DNA of 64,000 bases from Chthoniobacteraceae bacterium (GTDB lineage: Bacteria > Verrucomicrobiota > Verrucomicrobiia > Chthoniobacterales > Chthoniobacteraceae), in the NCBI GenBank assembly GCA_031409655.1, contig JANNXQ010000259.1:25914-89913 (forward strand), given 5' to 3'. This document shows, one piece after another, positions 58,046 through 64,000 of the stretch. The notes beneath the pieces are model-generated. The model was not told the DNA's origin and made no database searches. It worked only from the letters and a program-made list of their open reading frames with translations. The stretch's first letter is position 1. Each line of letters opens with the position of its first letter. The position numbers were made by a program, and so were the translations under genes.

Positions 58046-60649
58046 ATGCTCCGCGTCATTCCCACACTCACTGCCGCTCTACTGCTCCTCACTCCGCTCG
58101 CCGCGGAGGATCGCTATGCGCCGTGGGTCCAGCCCGATTTTCCGTTCTTCTCCTCGTCCCTCGATCTGCGCGCGCTGCAGCCCGACGCCCAGCCCTTCAA
58201 TGTCACCCCGCGCGGGCTGGTGCTGAATCTCGGGCACGACTGCTGGGCCTGCTTTGATACGGAATCTTTGCGCGTCGCGGCGGTCTGGCGGGGCCGCGGC
58301 GTGACGCCCGAGGCGCTCGGGCCGCTCACCTGGCAGGACACGCATCTGAAGACCATCGGCGGTCAGGATAAACTGCCGAAGCCGGATGGCGAAGTGTGGC
58401 TGATCAATGGGATCTATCCGGGCTGGCAGACCGGGGGCGCGGTTTCGCTCGCGGATTCGCGACCGGCGGAGACGAGTGCGGAGGAGCCAGGTCGCGGGCC
58501 GCTTTCGGCGGAGGCGAGGTTCAAGTCCGTGCGGCTCGGCGCGGATGGCGTGGTGCTCGAATACACGGTGGCAGGCGCGAAGGTGGAGGAATGGATGACC
58601 GCCAGCGAACGCGCTGGAGTCACGACGGTGCAGCGGAATTTCCGCGTCGCTCCTTGCGCGCAGCCGCGCGCGCTGGTGCTGGCCCAAAAGAGCGTGAGCC
58701 ACGCGAGCTTCGCGCTCGCGACGGGTTCGGCGAAAGCGGTCGCGCTTTCGGAAGGCGAGGGCGCTTGGTTCGTGCGGGTGCCGGCGCATGAGGGCGTAGC
58801 CGAGTTTTCCGTGGTGATCGGCGACGGAAAAGTCCCGCCGTCCGCGACCCTCGCGCCGCATCTGGCCGCGAATGCGCCCCGCTGGCCGCAGTCCGTGACC
58901 ACGCACGCGGTGCTTTCCGCTGCGCAGGACGCCTACGTCATGGACGACATCCCGCTGCCAATGGAAAACCCTTGGCGGCGCAATATCCGGCTGAGCGATA
59001 TCGCGTTTTTCAAAGACGGCTCCGCAGTGGCCAGCGCCTTTGATGGCGACGTCTGGTCGATCCGCGGGCTCGGTGGAAAATCCGGCGAAGTGCAGTGGCG
59101 GCGTTTCGCGACCGGGCTGCACGAGCCGATGAGCCTCGTGGTGCGCGATGGCGAAATCTTCGTCTTCGATCGCATCGGCATCTGGCGCCTGCGCGACACC
59201 GACGATGACGGCGAAGCGGACGCGCATGAGCTTTTCTCGAACGTCTTTCCGCAATCCGCCGAGACCCGCGAATTCCCCAACTCGCTCAAGCTCGGGCCCG
59301 GCGGTTCTTTCATCATCGCGAAAGGGGGCCAGCAGGCTTCGACGCTCAGCCGGCTCAATGGCAGCGTCCTCCGCGTCGCGCCGGATGGCCGCAGCTACAC
59401 GGTGCTCGGCGTCGGTTTTCGTCAGCCTTTTGCCGGCGTGCATCCGCGCACCGGACTCGTCACCGCGAGCGATCAGGAGGGTCACTACACGCCGACCACG
59501 CCGCTCTACATCGTGAAAGATGCCGAGTACCACGGCTACCTGAGCGAACTGCTGCCCCGGGAAAAATACCCCGCGCCCATCGCCGATCCGCTGACCTGGA
59601 TTCCGCACACGGTGAATCCTTCCGCCGTCGCGCAAGTCTGGCTCATCGACGCGAAGATGGGCCCGCTCGATGGCGCGCTCATCCACATCGGCTTCAATCG
59701 GCCCGAGCTTTTCCGGGTCCTGCTGAATAACCGCACGGCCAAGCCGCAGGGTGCCGTGGTCAGTGTCGCGCGCGACTTCGATGTGCCGGCGCTGAATGCC
59801 ACCGTGAATCCCGCCGATGGCTGCCTTTACGTCGCTGGCTTCCAACTCGCGGGCTGGGGCACGACCGCGAAACGCCTCAGCGCGTTCGGACGCCTGCGCT
59901 CCACCGGCGCACCGTGCATGCTGCCGCGGGAAGTCGTGCCGATGGACAAAGGCGTGCTCCTGCGTTTCGACGTGGCGCTCGACCCAGCCACGGCGGCTGA
60001 CCCAGCCAGTTACTCGCTCGAGAGCTGGCACTATCGGCGTTCCTTTCAATACGGCTCGCCGCATCTCAATGCCGAAGGCAAGCCGGGTCAGGATTGGCTG
60101 ACGCCGAGCAGCGCCTATCTTTCCAAGGACGGACGCAGCGTCTTCATCGGCGTGCCGGAGATGAAGCCCGTGATGCAGATGCGCATCGGTTGGTCGCTGG
60201 CCACCGTGGAGGGAGAGAAGTTTGGCGAGACGGCTTACTTCACGCCTTACGAGTTGGTGAAGTTCGATCCGGCGGCGGAAGGCTTCGCGGCCGTGAGCGT
60301 CGATCTCTCGCCGCGGGCGGTGACCAGGCGCGCACCCGAGCCCCCGACCGTGGAGGAGGGCGAGCGCATTTATAAAATGATGGGCTGCATGGCCTGCCAC
60401 GCGGCGGACGATTCGAAGCAGCCCAAGATCGGACCGAGCTGGCGTGGCATTTTCGGCACGCAACGCGAGATCGCGAAAGCTCCGAGCGTGACCGTGGACG
60501 AGGAATATCTGCGCGAGTCCATCCTCACGCCGGCGGTGAAAGTCGTGAAGGGCTTTGAGAAAGTGGAGGCGGGGATGCCGCCCTACGCCGGGGTGCTGTC
60601 CGATACGCAAGTCGAGTCCGTCATCCTTTTCATCAAGTCCCTGAAGTAA
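58046..60649 (+). CDS. Secreted protein with DUF6797-like N-terminus, beta-propeller and C-terminal cytochrome c
   Basis: Signal peptide; FDTESLR..AVW, FATGLHEP, RLRDTDDDGEAD, heme motif CMACH, GPSW, YLRESIL.P....KGF.....MP. Confidence 0.8.
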   Translation: MLRVIPTLTAALLLLTPLAAEDRYAPWVQPDFPFFSSSLDLRALQPDAQPFNVTPRGLVLNLGHDCWACFDTESLRVAAVWRGRGVTPEALGPLTWQDTHLKTIGGQDKLPKPDGEVWLINGIYPGWQTGGAVSLADSRPAETSAEEPGRGPLSAEARFKSVRLGADGVVLEYTVAGAKVEEWMTASERAGVTTVQRNFRVAPCAQPRALVLAQKSVSHASFALATGSAKAVALSEGEGAWFVRVPAHEGVAEFSVVIGDGKVPPSATLAPHLAANAPRWPQSVTTHAVLSAAQDAYVMDDIPLPMENPWRRNIRLSDIAFFKDGSAVASAFDGDVWSIRGLGGKSGEVQWRRFATGLHEPMSLVVRDGEIFVFDRIGIWRLRDTDDDGEADAHELFSNVFPQSAETREFPNSLKLGPGGSFIIAKGGQQASTLSRLNGSVLRVAPDGRSYTVLGVGFRQPFAGVHPRTGLVTASDQEGHYTPTTPLYIVKDAEYHGYLSELLPREKYPAPIADPLTWIPHTVNPSAVAQVWLIDAKMGPLDGALIHIGFNRPELFRVLLNNRTAKPQGAVVSVARDFDVPALNATVNPADGCLYVAGFQLAGWGTTAKRLSAFGRLRSTGAPCMLPREVVPMDKGVLLRFDVALDPATAADPASYSLESWHYRRSFQYGSPHLNAEGKPGQDWLTPSSAYLSKDGRSVFIGVPEMKPVMQMRIGWSLATVEGEKFGETAYFTPYELVKFDPAAEGFAAVSVDLSPRAVTRRAPEPPTVEEGERIYKMMGCMACHAADDSKQPKIGPSWRGIFGTQREIAKAPSVTVDEEYLRESILTPAVKVVKGFEKVEAGMPPYAGVLSDTQVESVILFIKSLK

Positions 60650-60662
60650 CCCCGCACTCCCC

Positions 60663-61430
60663 ATGTTCCGCCGCCTCCTGCTCCCGCTCCTCTGTCTGCT
60701 CGCCAGCCTCGGTGCCGTCTCCGCCGCTGCGCCGGCGCACCTCGTCTTCATGATCGGCGAGGACGAATATCGCACCTGGGAGACGCTGCCGGATTTTGCG
60801 GAAAAAGATCTCCAGCCGCGCGGCTACCGCATCACGATCATCCGCGCGGACGCGACGGATAAGAACCACTTCCCCGGCCTCGTCGCTGCGCTGCGAGATG
60901 CCGATCTGCTCTTTCTGAGCGTCCGTCGCCGCACCCCGCCGAAGGATCAACTCGAGGCCGTGCGCGCCCACCTCGCCGCGGGCAAGCCACTCGTCGGCAT
61001 CCGCACTGCGAGCCACGCCTTCGCCTTGCGGCCAAAGGACAAAATCGCCGATCCAAAGCTTGCCGCGTGGCCGGAGTTCGACCCCGAGGTGCTCGGCGGC
61101 AACTATTCGAATCACTACAAGGGCGAGCAGGTCGCGACCATTTCGCTCGCACTCGGTGCGGAGTCGCATCCCATCCTGCGCGAGATCACGGTGACGAAAC
61201 TGCCGGGCAATGGCTCGCTGTACAAAGTGAGCCCGCTGGAAAAGGGAACCACGCCACTGCTCATCGGTGCGATCGTCGGCGAGGCGCCCGAGCCCGTCGC
61301 CTGGACCCGGCTCTACGGCCCCAAGGCCGCGCGGATCTTTTACACCTCGCTCGGGCATCCCGAAGATTTCAAGAGCGCTGATTTTCACCGCTTCCTCACG
61401 AATGCCGTCGTCTGGGCGCTCGGCAAGTAA
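60663..61430 (+). CDS. ThuA-like (class I GATase-like fold) secreted protein
   Basis: Signal peptide; MIGEDEY, ADLLFLSVRRR, GKPLVGIRTASHAF, PVAW, RIFYTSLGH. Confidence 0.85.
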   Translation: MFRRLLLPLLCLLASLGAVSAAAPAHLVFMIGEDEYRTWETLPDFAEKDLQPRGYRITIIRADATDKNHFPGLVAALRDADLLFLSVRRRTPPKDQLEAVRAHLAAGKPLVGIRTASHAFALRPKDKIADPKLAAWPEFDPEVLGGNYSNHYKGEQVATISLALGAESHPILREITVTKLPGNGSLYKVSPLEKGTTPLLIGAIVGEAPEPVAWTRLYGPKAARIFYTSLGHPEDFKSADFHRFLTNAVVWALGK

Positions 61431-61507
61431 CGCTAAACTCCAAACGGGAGTGACGCGTGCGCGCGGCCTTTGGCGTTTGATGTTTAGCGTTTGAACTTTG
61501 GCGTTTC
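61428..61507. repeat. Degenerate heptamer tandem-repeat hairpin (AAACGCY family)
   Basis: TAACGCTAAACTCCAAACG ... TTTGGCGTTTGATGTTTAGCGTTTGAACTTTGGCGTTT. Confidence 0.7.
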
Positions 61508-61568
61508 TGTCCCTCGCGCGTGTTTCACATTTACCTCCCCGCCCCACGCTGCTAAGGCTCTGCCCCCG

Positions 61569-62021
61569 ATGAGCGCGTTCCTAGATCTTCTCCGCGAACT
61601 CCCGGTCGAAACCTATCAACCGGGCGACATCCTCCTCGAGCAACGCCACCACACTGGACGAATGCTGGTCTTACTCGAGGGCGAAGTCGAAGTGCTCCGC
61701 GACGGCGTGCGCGTGGGTAGAGCCTCCGAGCCCGGCGCCTGTTTTGGCGAAATGTCCGCACTCCTGGACCGCGCGCACACCGCCAGTGTGCGCGCGTTGC
61801 GGACGACATCGGTGGCGGTGATCCAGGAGCCGCGCGCCTTTCTCGTGAACTCCTCCGCGGCCAGCCTGCACGTCGCCGAACTCCTGGCGCGGCGGCTCGA
61901 TGCGCTCAACAAGTACCTCATCGACGTGCAGCGCCAATACGAAGGGCACGATCACATCGGCATGGTCGATGAGGTCATCGAGACGCTCATGCACCGCCAG
62001 CCACGAGCGGCGGCGCGTTGA
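61569..62021 (+). CDS. Standalone cyclic nucleotide-binding domain protein
   Basis: Y.PGD.LL.Q, VLLEGEVEV, GACFGEMSALL....TASVRA, LARRL; no HTH. Confidence 0.85.
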   Translation: MSAFLDLLRELPVETYQPGDILLEQRHHTGRMLVLLEGEVEVLRDGVRVGRASEPGACFGEMSALLDRAHTASVRALRTTSVAVIQEPRAFLVNSSAASLHVAELLARRLDALNKYLIDVQRQYEGHDHIGMVDEVIETLMHRQPRAAAR

Positions 62022-62748
62022 CGGGCGGCTCATCGAGCGCGCGGATTGCCCGGCCTTCGATCGAAGTCCATTCCGCCGTCATCTTCTCGAGGTCAAAGGT
62101 GACGCAGGTCGGCTGCGCACCGAGCTGTTTGCCAGGATTGAAGACCCACGTCCGGCCGATGCGATCGACCCACGAGCCGGCGGCGTAGAAGGGCGCATTG
62201 TGGACGTGGCCGGAGAGGACGAGATCTGGCTGGTAGCGCCGAATCCAGGCGAGCAGGAATTCGTCACCGGCGAATTTCTTCCCCGTCCAACTGATGGGCG
62301 ACGCATCCGGTGGCGCGTGATGCACCCAGACCCAGCACTTCTTTGCTTTGGCGGCATCGGCGGCCAGTTGCCCCTCGAGTTCCGCGCGCGAGACGGGGCC
62401 ATCCCACCAGGCGCAGACGGTGATTAAGTTTCCCTCGATCTCGAGGGTGTCGCCGTCGGAGAGAAGCTGCGGACTCTTCGCATCGAGCAACCAGCGGGCG
62501 ATGGATTCGTCGGCGGCACTCCGGCTGTCGCCGTCGTGATTCCCCGAACTCACGATGAGCCGCGTGAGTTGGTGCAGGCGCGTGAGATACTTTTCCACGA
62601 CGACGATCTGCGTATCGATATCCACTGGCGAAGAGAGATCGAGCAGGTCACCGCCAATGGTCACGACGTCGTAGTCCCGAGCGTGCGCGACCAGCCAGTC
62701 GAACTGCTTGAGCGCATAGTGCAGATCAGCGACGAAGAGCAGGTGCAT
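61987..62748 (-). CDS. Calcineurin-like metallophosphoesterase (Icc/CpdA-like)
   Basis: ADLH, GGDLLD, SGNHD, HHAPP, SGHVH, NPG. Confidence 0.88.
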   Translation of the reverse strand: MHLLFVADLHYALKQFDWLVAHARDYDVVTIGGDLLDLSSPVDIDTQIVVVEKYLTRLHQLTRLIVSSGNHDGDSRSAADESIARWLLDAKSPQLLSDGDTLEIEGNLITVCAWWDGPVSRAELEGQLAADAAKAKKCWVWVHHAPPDASPISWTGKKFAGDEFLLAWIRRYQPDLVLSGHVHNAPFYAAGSWVDRIGRTWVFNPGKQLGAQPTCVTFDLEKMTAEWTSIEGRAIRALDEPPVNAPPLVAGGA

Positions 62749-62830
62749 GCGGCGCGAGACGGTGGCGAAGCGCGCGCGGGGAGTCGATGGAAATTGACGC
62801 AGGCACCACCCCTGCTTTGAGTGGCCGCCA

Positions 62831-63958
62831 GTGCCCCACGTTTTCGAGCTCCTCTTCAATGTCTTCGCTTTCGTCCTCGGTGCTGCGATCGGCTCCTTTC
62901 TGAACGTGTGCATTTACCGGATGCCGATCGGCAAAAAGGTCAATGAACCCAAGCGCTCCTTCTGCCCGAGCTGCCAGTATCAGATCCCGTGGTATCACAA
63001 TCTCCCGCTCATCTCCTGGCTCGTGCTACGCGGCAAATGCGCGAACTGCGGCGGGCGCATTGCCTTCCGTTACTTCGGGGTGGAACTGCTCACCGGGCTG
63101 CTCTTCCTCGGCGTCTGGCTGAAGCTCATGCACTGGCCCGATCCCGCATGGCCAGAGACGCCGTGGCTGCTCGCGTTACCGTACTTCGTCCTCGTGAGTC
63201 TGCTGGTCGTCGCGACGTTCATCGACTTCGAGCACTTCATCATTCCGGATGAAATCACCTGGGGCGGGGCCGTCGCCGGCGTGCTACTGAGCTTTGCCAT
63301 CCCCACCCTGCACGGGCAGGAAAGTGCGATCCTCGGGGGTGTCTGGGCGCTCGTGGGGGCTGCTTCCGGCTACTTCGCGCTCTGGGGGGTAGTGGAACTG
63401 GGGAAGATCGCCTTTGGGAAAAAGCGCGTGGCTTTTGCAAAGCCGGAGCTCTTCACCTGGACGCGTCGCGATCAAGAGGCCGACTTCACCGTCGGCGACG
63501 ACAAGATGCTCTGGAGCGACTTCTTTGTCCGCGGCAATGAAGCGCTCGTCATGACGTGTTCGGAGGTCGAGATCGACGGGAAGAGGTCTGAAAACGTGAC
63601 GCTCAACTTTTCCTGCGACTGGCTGGAACTCGACGGCCAGCGCACCGAACTCGTGAAGACGGACGTGATCCGCGGGGTCGTCGAGGCGGCGGTGTTTCCG
63701 CGCGAGGCGATGGGTTTCGGCGATGTGAAATTCATCGCCTGCATCGGCGCGTTTCTCGGGTGGAAGGCGGTCGTCTTCACGATCATGGCTGGCTCCACTT
63801 TCGGGGCAGTGATCGGCGGCCTGATGATCCTCATCGGCCATCGCGAGTGGTCAGCGAAAATCCCTTTTGGGCCTTACCTCGCGCTTGGCGCGCTCGTCTG
63901 GCTTTTCGGAGGCAGCGAGCTATTCGCGTGGTACGTGCGCTACGCGGCCGGGGCGTAA
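62831..63958 (+). CDS. pilD: Prepilin peptidase (A24) / N-methyltransferase
   Basis: GSFLNVCIYRMP, RSFCPSC, NLPLISW..LRGKCANC, FIDFEHFIIPD, MGFGDVK, IPFGPYL. Confidence 0.92.
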   Translation: MPHVFELLFNVFAFVLGAAIGSFLNVCIYRMPIGKKVNEPKRSFCPSCQYQIPWYHNLPLISWLVLRGKCANCGGRIAFRYFGVELLTGLLFLGVWLKLMHWPDPAWPETPWLLALPYFVLVSLLVVATFIDFEHFIIPDEITWGGAVAGVLLSFAIPTLHGQESAILGGVWALVGAASGYFALWGVVELGKIAFGKKRVAFAKPELFTWTRRDQEADFTVGDDKMLWSDFFVRGNEALVMTCSEVEIDGKRSENVTLNFSCDWLELDGQRTELVKTDVIRGVVEAAVFPREAMGFGDVKFIACIGAFLGWKAVVFTIMAGSTFGAVIGGLMILIGHREWSAKIPFGPYLALGALVWLFGGSELFAWYVRYAAGA

Positions 63959-64000
63959 CCAAGGAGCAGGGGCGCGCGCCCCCCCCCTTGGACCGCGCGG

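Overview
High-GC bacterial chromosomal segment. Gene content (DUF1549/DUF1553 cytochrome protein, DUF1080, ThuA, DUF6797-like, C-terminal 'FYR' domain) suggests the PVC superphylum, most likely Verrucomicrobiota; this is inference. Most of it is housekeeping or PVC-typical: MacAB-type ABC exporter, mreBCD-mrdA-rng, UvrD/PcrA, mfd, glycosyltransferases, sigma54 activator, uppS, purA, pyrF, sulfurtransferase/SufE, tRNA-Thr(CGT), mtnA, fabF and a prepilin peptidase. The standout is a tightly coupled three-gene operon (34867-42298, minus strand) between purA and pyrF. It encodes (i) a TIR domain apparently lacking the catalytic Glu, fused to an unassigned helical domain with an HDxxH motif; (ii) an 1830-aa NLR-like protein (unassigned helical N-domain, nSTAND-type NTPase with Walker A Lys->Arg, one TM helix, about 16 WD40 repeats, TPRs); and (iii) a standalone Toll-like-receptor-like TIR that keeps the Glu. 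This is a candidate receptor/adaptor/effector immune or conflict system. The window is also rich in non-coding palindromic elements: at least 8 hairpins built from 6-8-nt tandem units, several nested REP-like hairpins, and one REP-like palindrome translated in frame inside mfd. Other oddities are an NtrC-type activator with Glu at the phospho-acceptor position and a SUV3-like helicase with a C-terminal Zn ribbon directly after the tRNA. All product calls are from motif recognition by eye; no database searches were run.
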